Assembly: GCA_014905635.1 (NCBI GenBank)
Contig: JABVCE010000013.1
Location: forward strand, 62,001-126,000
Direction: 5' to 3'
Origin: Scenedesmus sp. PABB004
Lineage: Eukaryota
DNA length: 64,000 nucleotides
This document shows positions 47,112 to 59,100 of this stretch, piece by piece (position 1 is the first letter of the stretch; the number at the start of each line of letters is the position of its first letter). The notes under the pieces are model-generated. The model did not search any database, had not been told where the DNA came from, and worked only from the letters and a program-made list of their open reading frames with translations. The position numbers and the translations under genes were made by a program.

Positions 47112-50100
47112 CCGCCTGACATCCACGTCTGCTGCCGCGCGAGGCCGGCGCCGGGCGCGGCGGCGCCGCCGTCGGACGGGCCCTGCAGCGCGACGCCGCT
47201 GGCCGACGCGAGCTCGCCCCAGCCGCCGGCGGCGGTGCCGCGCTCCGCGCGCCACTCCCGCTCCTCGTCGCTGTCGCTGGAGCCGCTGTGCGCAACCGGC
47301 GGGCCGCGCACGTCGCGCGGCAGCTCGCGCGCCTCGTCCAGGGGCTGCGGGCCGCCTGCGGCGGCGGGCGGCACGCGCGGGCGGGGGCGAGGGCGGCAGC
47401 GGCGCATTGGGCGGGCGGCAGCGCCGGGCAGCGGCGCCGGCGGCGTGCTGCCGGCCGACTGCTGGGGGGCGAGGGTCGTGCGACCGACCTCGGCTGTGCC
47501 GCGGCGGCCCCGCGCCGTCGGGGCGGCGCTCGGACGACGCCGGCCGGCTGCGGGCTCCGCCGCCGGCGCCGTCGTCGGCCGCCGCCTCGCCGGGCAGGGA
47601 CTCTGCCCGCTGCAGGGCGGGCGCACGCGGGGAGCGAGCAGCACCTGTTGCGCTACGGGGGCTCCGGCTGAGGCGTTGAACTGCGGCCAGCGCGTCGTCG
47701 CGCTCGTCGCCGGAGGTTGGCAGGAAGCTGATGGCCGCCGCGCGCAGCGCGCCCGAGCGGGCGCCGAGCACGGGGGCGGGGCCCGCCGCGCCGCCGCCGC
47801 CGCCGGAGTCCGCGCCGCGCCAGGGCCGGGGCGCCTGCTCCGCGCGCCCGCTGCGCCGCCGGGGCGCGCACTCGCGCTCGCCGTCCGAGTCCGAGCCGCC
47901 GCCGCTGCCGGGCGGATCCTCGACCGCCTCGCTCAGCTCATCTTCGCCCGTGTGGCGGTCGCGCAGCACCAGCGTCGGGTTGTCCGCCGGCTCGCCCAGC
48001 AGCGCGAGCGTCGCCTGCGCGCGCTGCTGCCCCGCGGGCGGCGGTGCGGCGCCGCCGCCGCCCGTCGCGGGGCGCTCGTACGTGCGCAGTATGCTCGACC
48101 GGCTGCGCGGCGGCGGGCGCCGCGCGCCGGCGCGCTCCGCGCGCCACTCCCACAGGACATAGGCCCAGAAGGCAAACACGGGCAGCGGCAGCAGCGCGAC
48201 GACCGCGACGCCCGCGCCCGCGTCGGCGGCCGCGGCCGCGCTCGCGCCGCCGGCGGCCGCGAGCTTGGCCGCGCCGTAGACGACGGGGACCATGAGCAGC
48301 GTGTGGGCGAGCAGCTGGGGCTTGGGCGAGCGCAGCAGCCTGGGAGCAGCGTGCAGGCGCGAGAGAGGCGCGCGCAGGGCCGGGCGGGCGCGGGTCAAGG
48401 AGGGGTCAGAGCAGGCGGGGGGGGGGGGGGAGCGGGGAGGCGGCAAGCGCCGCCCCCGGGCGCCGCCGGCGCTCACGTGGGCAGGCTGTCGGGGCTGAGC
48501 CGCAGCAGGCGCCACGCGCCCAGCGCGGCGCCCTGGAGCAGCGTGGCCGCCGCGACCGCGACCACCAGCGTGAGCACGCTCATGCGCAGCTCGTGCAGCG
48601 AGGCGGGCTTGGGCTGGCGCACGTCGCCCGCCAGCACCACCGGCGCGCCGGCGCCGGCGCTGCCGTTGCCGTGCGGCGCGGCGCCGCTGCCGTCGCCGCC
48701 GAGCACCAGCACGCCCGTGCCGGCGCTGCCGCTGCCGTTGCTGGCCGCGTAGCCGCCGCCGGCCGCGTTGGCGGCCAGCCAGCTGTCCACGGAGCGCGCG
48801 TCGGGCGCGTCGCCCAGCAGGGCGCGGCCGTGCCGGTGGCGCGCGCGCGCGGCGTCGCCCCCGGCCGCCGCCATCAGGTGGCGGCGTGCGGCGGGGGAGG
48901 ACGGCAGCTGCTGCTTGATGTAGGCGGTCGCGTTGCTCGTCAGCTGCACCACGCGCTCGGCGGGCTTGACCAGGTTTGACCAGCTGCCGCGACGTGGGCG
49001 GCGCGTGAGCGGTCAGGCGCGGCGCCGCGCGCGCGTGCTCCCCGCGCCGCGGCCCCGCCGCCGGCGGCCGTGCAGCACGGCCGCGCCGCGCTCACTCGAG
49101 GCCGGAGCAGAGCCGCACGTACTCGGCCGGCAGCCAGGGCACCGCGAGGCTGACCGACATCGCGAGGAACTGCGTGTGCCCCACACTGCGCAGCAGGCTG
49201 GTCGTGCCGCCCGCGGTGCCGCCGCTCGCGACCGACGCCGCCGCGCCGAGCGCGGAGGCGGCCGCCGAGACCGCGGTCGCAGACGACCCCATGTCAGCGG
49301 CGCGCTGCAGCAGGCCGCTCCCCGGCACAGACACCTGGCCCGCACGGCGGCGGGCAGGCGGGCGGGCGCCAGCAGGGGTCGGCGCCGGCCGAGCGCGCGC
49401 GCTGCGCGCCGCGCTGCGCATCGCGCCGCGCGCCCGGCCGCACCGCCAGCCGCTTGTCCTGCACGCCGCGGCTGCCCGCCAGGTCCTGGTACGCGGCGCC
49501 CAGCACCTCCACGGCCGCGGTGGTGCCCGGCCACGAGCGCAGCCACATTACGTACGCCGTCGCCGCGCCCGTCGCCGCGCCGTCGGGCGTGGCCGCGAGC
49601 GAGTCGGGCGCGGCCGTCATGTTGAGCAGGGCGGCGTTGGTGAGCCAGATGCGGCTGCTGCTGAACGCGGCGAGCTGTTGCGCGGAGCCGCCCGCGTCGA
49701 GCGCGCCCGCGTCCGGCGCGGCGGCGCTCGCGTTGGCGCCGCCCGCTGTCGTCGTCGTTGTCTCGACCTCGTCCGCCACCCAGTGCACCGGCTCTGAGAA
49801 GGTCAGCAGCAGCTGGAAGGCCGGCGCGTCCACGGTCGGCCGCAGCGTGACGGCCATGCTCAGCAGCACCGGCGGCAGCGAGTCCAGCACCACCTGCGGC
49901 GGGCAGAGGTGGGCGCGCGCGCACGCGCGCGCGTGGGGCGGCGGGGCGGCGGGGGCGGCGGGGGCGGCGGGGCCGCCGGTCGCGGGCGTGGGGCGCACCT
50001 CGGTGACGACCGGCTGCAGCGCGACCTGCGCCGCGCACCACGTGGCGTTGGGCACCGCCGGCAGCAGCGACACCGACCAGCGCCCCTCGCCCGGGAGCGT

Positions 50101-53100
50101 GGCCGCGAGCTCGCACATGCCGCCGGCAACCGCAAGGCAGGGCAGGCCGGGCAGGAGCACGACCGAGCCGTCCCCGGCGCCGGACGCGGTGGCGTCGTTT
50201 GACGCGCCGGCGCCGCCCGCGGCAGCGCCGCTGCCGCCGGGCGCAAACATCGGCAGGCTCAGCAGGCGCAGGCTGCACGCGTTGCCCGCGCCGCCGCCGA
50301 GCGTGGGCCCCTCAGGGCAGTAGAGTTTGCGCGACTCGGGCGACGGAAAGACGACGAGGACGGGGACGACGGCGGCCGCCGCGCCGCGCGGCGCGTAGAG
50401 CACGGGCGCCAGCTCGCTCGCCGGCGCCTCGCACACGCCCAGCAGCGGCGCGCGCACGCGGCAGCACGCGGCGGCGCTCGTGTTGGCCTCCGCCGCCGCG
50501 CCGGGGTCGAGCTCGTAGCCGGGCGCGCAGGGGAAGGCGGCGTGCGGGGCGTCGGCGTAAAAGGCGCAGGTCGGCACGAACACGCAGCACGCGGCCAGTG
50601 ACGGGCTGGTGGCGTTGGCCGCTGATGGCGCGGGCGCGTAGCCCGGCGGGCAGGCAAACGCGGTGCCGTTGGGCGCGGCGAAGCCGCAGGTGGGCTCAAA
50701 GGCGCAGCGCTGCGCGGCGGCGTCCCAGGCGTAGTGAGGCACGCAGCCGCACGCGTGGCCCGTCGCGGGCGCGGGCGCGTCGACGCAGGCGCTGGTCGCG
50801 TGGCTGACGTTGGCGCACGGCGCCGCCGCGCAGCCGTCGATGTCTGGCGGCGGGCCGGCGGCGCGGCGGGCCGGCGCGCGTGAGAGGGGCGGTGGCGGGC
50901 GGCGAGCCGCGGCACGCGCGCGAGGGGGGTGGACGCCCGTCGGCGCCGCACCTGCGTCGCACGTCTGCCCCTCCCAGCCGGCGGTGCAGCTGCACACGCC
51001 CCCGGCGCAGGCGCTGGCATGGCCGTAGCAGTAGTTGGGTGTGAGGGTGCAGTCGTCTGCGGCGCGCGATCCAGCGGCGCGGTGCGGCTGGCGGCGCGTG
51101 CGCGCCCCGGCAGCGCGGCGCGGCGCGGCCTGGCGGACGGTTGGCGCGACCGGGCGGTGGGCAAGGCCGCACCTTTGCACGCCGCGGTGCCGCTGTCCCA
51201 CGAGTGCCCAGCGGCGCAGGCACAGGCGTAGCCAACGCTCGGCGCGACGGCGTCGGCGCAGCTGCCGTTGATGGCGTGCGCCGCGCCGTCGCAGGGCGCG
51301 CTGGTGCAGCCGTCCACGTCTGCCGGGGCGGCGCGCCGCGCGCAGCGCGGCGGGTCAGCCTGCTCGTCCGGTGAGAGAGGCGCGCTCGCCGTGCTGCGCC
51401 GCGCCCCTGCTGGCCAGCACGCACCGTACTGGCAGCGCTCGCCGTGCCACGCCGCCGCGCAGCCGCACACGCCCGCGGCGCAGGTGCCATTGCCGTGGTC
51501 GCCGTTGCACCAGTCCGGCACGCCCACGCAGTCGTCTGTGCGGCGGTCGGCGGCGCGGCGCGCGCGGTGGGGCGGGGTGAGGCCGCCGCACGGCAGCGGA
51601 CTGGCTGCCAAGGATGCGGTGGGGCGGGCGCCGCCGCACCCGTGCACTCGAGGGCGCTCTGGTTCCAGGAGAAGCCCTGAGCGCAGACGCACGCGTGGTC
51701 TGTGAACGGCGGCACACGGTCGAGACAGACGCCCGGCAGCGCGTTGCTGGTGGCGTTGCACGGGCTGGCTGCGCAGGCATCAAAGTCTGCGCGCCGCGGC
51801 GGGCGGTCAGCAACAACGCGGCGGGCAGCGCCGCCACGCGCGGCGAGTCCTGCGCCGCAGGCTCCCTGTAATGCAGCCGCGCGCACCGACGCAGCATGCC
51901 GCGTTGCTCAGGCTGGTGACGTTTGCGCGGGCGGCGTCCAGCACAAACCCAGGGTCGCACTGGAAGGCCGTCCCGTTCTCCAACGCCGCGCTGCAGTGTG
52001 GGATGTACTGCGGGCGAGGCAGAGGGGGGTGAGCCCCCGCGCGCGCGAGGCAAAGACGAGCGCGCAGTCACTGCTGGTGTGATCCCAGCACACAAGGCCC
52101 CTCGACTCCTCACCGTGCAGCACGCCGCCTGGTCTGGGCTGGGGCTGGCGCCCTGAGGATTGTACTGATACCAGGTCGGGCACTGCAGGGCGCTGCCATC
52201 GCTGTTGTACTGCGCGCACGTGCGGCCGACAGTGATGGCGGCCGCGAGCTGCACGTTGTTGGCCGCGTTGCTGTCCGGCTGGCCCGCGGCAGCCACGCTG
52301 GTGTTGGCGCTGAACGAGCCGCTGCTGGTGCCCTTGACCACCACCGCGTAGCTTGCGCTGCCGCCAGCAGCCAGCGACGCCACCGGCCCGCAGGTCAAGA
52401 CGTGCCCGCTGATGCTGCAGCCTGCGGCGGCGGCAGTGGACAAGCGGCCAGCGCGCATGTGAGATGTCAGATTGGCGAGCTGCGCCCCTGCACCCACACA
52501 GCGCCCCCGCGCGCCCCACCTGCTGGCGCTGGCGCCACAAACGCCAGCCCCGCTGCGGGCAGCGTCTGTGTGGTGGTCACGTTGGCTGCCTCCCATGTGC
52601 CCTGGTTGACAACGCTGATGTTGAAGGCGGCCGTGTCTGCAATCAGGATCTGCCCATCGGCCGGCACCAAGCTCTGGTTCAGCGCCAGGTCAGGGAACAG
52701 CTCGACCTGCGCGCGCATGGTGACGGGCAGACGGAGCAGGACGCAGCGGGTGAGCGCAGCTGCGGCGTGCGCGGTGCGCCGCGGCCAGGGCCCCGCCCGC
52801 GCGGGCCCGGCACTCACGCAGCACGTCGCCTGACTTGGGCTGGTGTTGTTCGCGGCCGCAGCTACGAACAGCCACCAGGCGTCGCTGGCCGTGCAGTCGT
52901 ACGCGCTGCCATCGCTGTTGTACTGCGCGCACGTGCGGCCGACCGTCACGGCGGTGTGCAGGGGACCGTTTGTGGTCAGGTTGCTGTCGCGGTCAACGTC
53001 CAGCGTTGTGTTGACGGCAAAGCTGCCTGCCGCGCTGGTGGACACAGCAAACGTGAAGCTCGTGCTTCCGCCGGCAGCAGCCAGCGTGGCGATGGGCCCG

Positions 53101-56100
53101 CAGGTTAGGTCCTGCCCGCTGATGCTGCAGCCTGCAGCAGCGACGGCAGCACACTGTTAGAGGGCCAAGCCAGCGCTGCTCTGCTGGCAATGCGCCCGCC
53201 GCCAGCCCTCCCGCCGCACACCTGCTGGTGCAGGCGCCACAAACGCCAGGCTGGCCGGCAGCGAGTGCGTCAGGTTGGTGTTGACAGCCTCCCAGTCCCC
53301 GTGGTTGACGATGCTGGTGGTGAAGCTCACGGTGTCTGAGATCAGGACCTCGCCGCTGGCTGGAGCGGTGGTCTGGCTGATCACGAGGTCAGGGAACAGC
53401 TCGTACTGCGCGGCGCGCGCCAGCAGCAGGCAGGGCGGCGGGCAAACCGTGAGCGCTGCTCCTGCTGCCGCTGCTGCTGCTGCTGCCGCTGCTGCCGCTG
53501 CTGCCGCTGCTGCTGCTGCTGCCGCTGCTGCCGCTGCTGCCGCTGCTGCTGCTGCTGCTGCCGCAGCTGCTACCACTGCCGCCAGCACGCAGCAGCACTC
53601 ACGCAGCACGTTGGGTTGTCGGGGCTGGTGTTGCCAGCAGCGGTGGTGTTGAACGCCCACATGTTGTTGCAGTTGAACTGGCTGCCGTCGCTGTTGCACT
53701 GCGCGCACGTGCGGCCGACAGTGATGGCGGCCGCGAGCTGCACGTTGTTGGCCGCGTTGCTGTCCGGCTGGCCCGCGGCAGCCACGCTGGTGTTGGCGCT
53801 GAACGAGCCGCTGCTGGTGCCCTTGACCACCACCGCGTAGCTTGCGCTGCCGCCAGCAGCCAGCGACGCCACCGGCCCGCAGGTCAAGACGTGCCCGCTG
53901 ATGCTGCAGCCTGCGGCGGCGGCAGTGGACAAGCGGCCAGCGCGCATGTGAGATGTCAGATTGGCGAGCTGCGCGCCTGCACCCACACAGCGCCCCCGCG
54001 CGCCCCACCTGCTGGCGCTGGCGCCACAAACGCCAGCCCCGCTGCGGGCAGCGTCTGTGTGGTGGTCACGTTGGCTGCCTCCCATGTGCCCTGGTTGACA
54101 ACGCTGATGTTGAAGGCGGCCGTGTCTGCAATCAGGATCTGCCCATCGGCCGGCACCAAGCTCTGGTTCAGCGCCAGGTCAGGGAACAGCTCGACCTGCG
54201 CGCGCATGGTGACGGGCAGACGGAGCAGGACGCAGCGGGTGAGCGCAGCTGCGGCGTGCGCGGTGCGCCGCGGCCAGGGCCCCGCCCGCGCGGGCCCGGC
54301 ACTCACGCAGCACGTCGCCTGACTTGGGCTGGTGTTGTTCGCGGCCGCAGCTACGAACAGCCACCAGGCGTCGCTGGCCGTGCAGTCGTACGCGCTGCCA
54401 TCGCTGTTGTACTGCGCGCACGTGCGGCCGACCGTCACGGCGGTGTGCAGGGGACCGTTTGTGGTCAGGTTGCTGTCGCGGTCAACGTCCAGCGTTGTGT
54501 TGACGGCAAAGCTGCCCGCCGCGCTGGTGGACACAGCAAACGTGAAGCTCGTGCTTCCGCCGGCAGCAGCCAGCGTGGCGATGGGCCCGCAGGTTAGGTC
54601 CTGCCCGCTGATGCTGCAGCCTGCAGCGGCGACGGCAGCACACTGTTAGAGGGCCAAGCCAGCGCTGCTCTGCTGGCAATGCGCCCGCCGCCAGCCCTCC
54701 CGCCGCACACCTGCTGGTGCAGGCGCCACAAACGCCAGGCTGGCCGGCAGCGAGTGCGTCAGGTTGGTGTTGACAGCCTCCCAGTCCCCGTGGTTGACGA
54801 TGCTGGTGGTGAAGCTCACGGTGTCTGAGATCAGGACCTCGCCGCTGGCTGGAGCGGTGGTCTGGCTGATCACGAGGTCAGGGAACAGCTCGTACTGCGC
54901 GGCGCGCGCCAGCAGCAGGCAGGGCGGCGGGCAAACCGTGAGCGCTGCTCCTGCTGCCGCTGCTGCTGCTGCTGCCGCTGCTGCCGCTGCTGCCGCTGCT
55001 GCTGCTGCTGCCGCTGCTGCCGCTGCTGCCGCTGCTGCTGCTGCTGCTGCCGCAGCTGCTACCACTGCCGCCAGCACGCAGCAGCACTCACGCAGCACGT
55101 TGGGTTGTCGGGGCTGGTGTTGCCAGCAGCGGTGGTGTTGAACGCCCACATGTTGTTGCAGTTGAACTGGCTGCCGTCGCTGTTGCACTGCGCGCACGTG
55201 CGGCCGACAGTGATGGCGGCCGCGAGCTGCACGTTGTTGGCCGCGTTGCTGTCCGGCTGGCCCGCGGCAGCCACGCTGGTGTTGGCGCTGAACGAGCCGC
55301 TGCTGGTGCCCTTGACCACCACCGCGTAGCTTGCGCTGCCGCCAGCAGCCAGCGACGCCACCGGCCCGCAGGTCAAGACCCGCCCGCTGATGCTGCAGCC
55401 TGCGGCGGCGGCAGTGGACAAGCGGCCAGCGCGCATGTGAGATGTCAGATTGGCGAGCTGCGCGCCTGCACCCACACAGCGCCCCCGCGCGCCCCACCTG
55501 CTGGCGCTGGCGCCACAAACGCCAGCCCCGCTGCGGGCAGCGTCTGTGTGGTGGTCACGTTGGCTGCCTCCCATGTGCCCTGGTTGACAACGCTGATGTT
55601 GAAGGCGGCCGTGTCTGCAATCAGGATCTGCCCATCGGCCGGCACCAAGCTCTGGTTCAGCGCCAGGTCAGGGAACAGCTCGACCTGCGCGCGCATGGTG
55701 ACGGGCAGACGGAGCAGGACGCAGCGGGTGAGCGCAGCTGCGGCGTGCGCGGTGCGCCGCGGCCAGGGCCCCGCCCGCGCGGGCCCGGCACTCACGCAGC
55801 ACGTCGCCTGACTTGGGCTGGTGTTGTTCGCGGCCGCAGCTACGAACAGCCACCAGGCGTCGCTGGCCGTGCAGTCGTACGCGCTGCCGTCGCTGTTGTA
55901 CTGCGCGCACGTGCGGCCGACCGTGATGGCGGCCACGAGCTGCACGTTGTTGGCCACGTTGCTGTCGGGGGCGCCCAGCAGTGCCACAGAGGTGTTGACA
56001 GTCTTGTTGCCGGGCGACGTGGCCCGCAGCGTCACGAGCACAGTCGTGTTTGCGTTGACTGCCAGCGGCGCTGACAGCCCGCACGTCACCGTCTGACCCG

Positions 56101-59100
56101 TCGCGGCGCAGCCTGCGCATCAGCACGAGACGGCGAGTGTTAGGCGACAAGCGGTGCGGCCACGGAGCTGCGGCACGCCACACAGGCGCACCTGCTGGCG
56201 ATGAGCTTGCCAGCTCCAGGCCGGCCGGCAGGTCCAGGGTGATGGTGATGTTCTCGGCCGCCCACTCGCCCTGGTTGGCCAGCGTGGCGCTGATGTTGAG
56301 AGTGGAGGCGATGAGCAGCTGCCCGCTGGCCGGCGCCACGCTCTGGCTCAGCACCACGTCGGGGAGCAGCCGGCGCTGCGGGCGGCGGGGGTGGCGGGCG
56401 GGCAGGGCGAGTCGGCGCTCCAGCCATGCCCTGGGCGCGGGCACCTACCGCCGAGGCCCGGCTGGCCGCCGCGCCCCCGCGCCCGCTCACGCAGCAGGTG
56501 TCGCGCGGCAGCGCGCCCGCGAGCGCGCCCGCCGCGCTGCCGTTTGTGGCGTAGCCCGGGTTGAGCGCGGCGCAGTCGTACGCGGTGCCGTTGGTCCAGT
56601 ACGACCCGCAGGTCGGCTGGTAGCAGCAGGTGTCGTGGTCGACCGTCGTCGAGGTCGACTGGTTGGCGTTGGCCAGGTAGCCAGCGACGCAGTCAAACGG
56701 CGCGACCGAGATGATCGCGGTCGCGTTGAACGTCGGCACCGCGCCGCACGTCGGCGTGTAGCAGCACTCCCCCGCGACGCCGGTGCTACAGTTGCGGGGC
56801 AGGCCCGCGTGCGTGGAGTTGATGGCGAGCGAGCAGAGCTCGCGCGTCGACGCGGCGCTCAGCGGCACGCAGCACGCGGCGTCGCTCGGCGGCGCGGACG
56901 CGAGCGCCATGGCGTCGGGGCCCTCGCCTGCGACGGTGCAGGCCCAGGGGCTGCCGCCTGGGTCAGCCACGCCGCAGGTCGGCACAAACGCGCAGCAGGT
57001 CGCATTGTCGAGGGTCGTCGCGGCGGGGTTGATCGCCGTCCACACGCCCACCGAGGGGCAGGCAAAGGGCGCGCCCGTCGCGTTGGCGGCGCCGCAGGTC
57101 GGCACAAACGCGACGCAGCAGGCGGCGTCGCTCGGCGCCGTCGCGTTGACTGCCGCCGCGCTCAGCACGCTGCCGGGGGCGCACGCGTACGCGCCGCCGC
57201 CCGGCGCGGCGAGGCCGCAGGTCGGCGTGAAGCGGCAGCAGCGGGCAAAGTCGGGCGCGGTCGTGGCGGCCTTGGCGGGGTCGTTGTCCCAGCTCGCGCC
57301 CGCGGCGGCGCAGGGGAACGCGCCGCCGCCGGGCATGAAGGCGCCGCAGGTGAGCGGCGTCGTCGCTGGAGTATAGAACCAGGGCGGCGCGCTGCGCGCG
57401 GGCCACCAGTCGCACGCCGCGCACGTGGTCGCGGGGTCGCAGCTCGCCGCCCAGTCGGACACGGAGCCCGCGCCGCTATAGGACGACCAGTTGATGGCGC
57501 TGCAGCTCGCGTCTGCGCGGCGGCGGCGGGCACGGCGGCGGGCGCGGGGGGTTCGTCGCGTCGGGCGCCCGCGGCCGCGCGCCGCGCGCGCCGGCCCGCA
57601 GCGCGGCCTGTGGCGCGCGCACTGTTCCAGGTGAGGCGGGACATGTCTGGCTTGATGTTCGTGCCCTTCAGCTTGAGGTAGGAGAGCTTGGGGAAGGCCG
57701 TCTGGTTGTACCACGCGGCCGGCAGGTCGCCGTAGAGGTCGGTGTGGCCCGCGAGGTTGCTGCAGGCCGCGGCGGCGCGGCGGCGGGTGAGGTCAGGCGC
57801 GCGAGCAGGCCAGCGGCGCTGAGCGCGCCCCCTTCCCAAGAGCAGGGCTGCTGCGCCCCTCCCGCGCCGCGCCGGGGCTCACACGCTGATGAGCGTCTGT
57901 GCCCACGCCGCGGGCGAGCCGTCGGCCTTGGCGCCCCACGTCGCGGGGATGGTGCCAGAAAACATGCGGCGCACGCCGCGCACGACCGTCGCGCCGAGGC
58001 TGCCCGTGCGCGCCCACGCGTCGAGCGCGGCGCCGACGCTCGGCACGACCGTCATGTTGTCCCACGCGTCGTCGGGGCAGAAGCAGGCGCCGTTGGTCAC
58101 CGTGCCGCCGGGGCCGTCGGCGACGCAAAACTCGGGCGCGCTCTGCTGCCACGCGTACTCGGGCGCGTGCCGCCCCGCGGAGCAGTGCGCGAGCCTGCGC
58201 GCGGGGCGGGCCCGCGTCGGCAGGCCGCCCGTGGCGCCGCCCGCGGCGGCAGGCCGGGCCGGGCCGGGCCCGCCGGGCGCACGGCCCTGCGCTCCCCCGC
58301 GGCCCTGCGTGCCGCCCACCCGAGGTGCCGCAGGTTTGGGAAGATGTCGGGCAGGCCGGCCAGCGCGGCGAGGGAGCCGCCGAGCATGTTGAAATTCAGG
58401 TTGCTGCGCGGCACACGCGGCGCGAGGCCGTGGGGGCAAGGCCGTGGGCGGGGCCCGCCTTTCAGCACGCAGCGTGCGCGCGCCGAGGCCCGGCGGCAGC
58501 GGCGTTAGCGCGAATCAGCACGCAAGCCGCGCCGCAGCAGCTGCTCACAGGTACCAGACGTGCTGCCCCGCCTGGTCGGGGCCGGCAAAGGCGCTGAAGT
58601 CGAGCTGCTCCGAGTAGAGTGTGAGGTTGCGCCAGTCGCTGCAGCATGGGGATGGGCGGGGCGGGCGCGGCGGTCGGGCGGCGGCCGGGCGGAGGCGGCC
58701 GTGCGCGGGCGGGCGCGCAGGCCCGGGCCGCGCCCAGCGCCGCGCCGCGCTGAGCGTGCGCCCTGCCGGCCTCACATCGCGGCGATGCGGTTGGCGGCCG
58801 ACGGGTCGCGCATGCGGCGCGGGTCGGACGCGCAGGTGGTCGCGTTGACGCAGCCCACGACGTCCCCGCCGCCGTCGCGGACGAGGCCGTCGGTCGCGTT
58901 GACGCTCCACCCGCGCCGGGCGGGGTCGCTCGGCAGGCTGCAGTCGGCGACGCACTCCACAAAGGGCCAGCCGCAGGGGTCGTGCCGCGGGCTGGCCATC
59001 GCGCTCCAGAGGTCGTCCGCGGCGGCGTACTGCCCACCGACGCGCGCGGCGCACTTGTCGGCGTCTGCGCCCGCGCGCGGCGTGAGGCGGCCCTCCGCGC

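Noticed and set aside
52192..55924. CRISPR-like or transposon interpretation of the repeat array
   Set aside because: Whole 1489-bp units are duplicated, lie within coding exons and introns, and have no unique spacers, terminal repeats or transposase.
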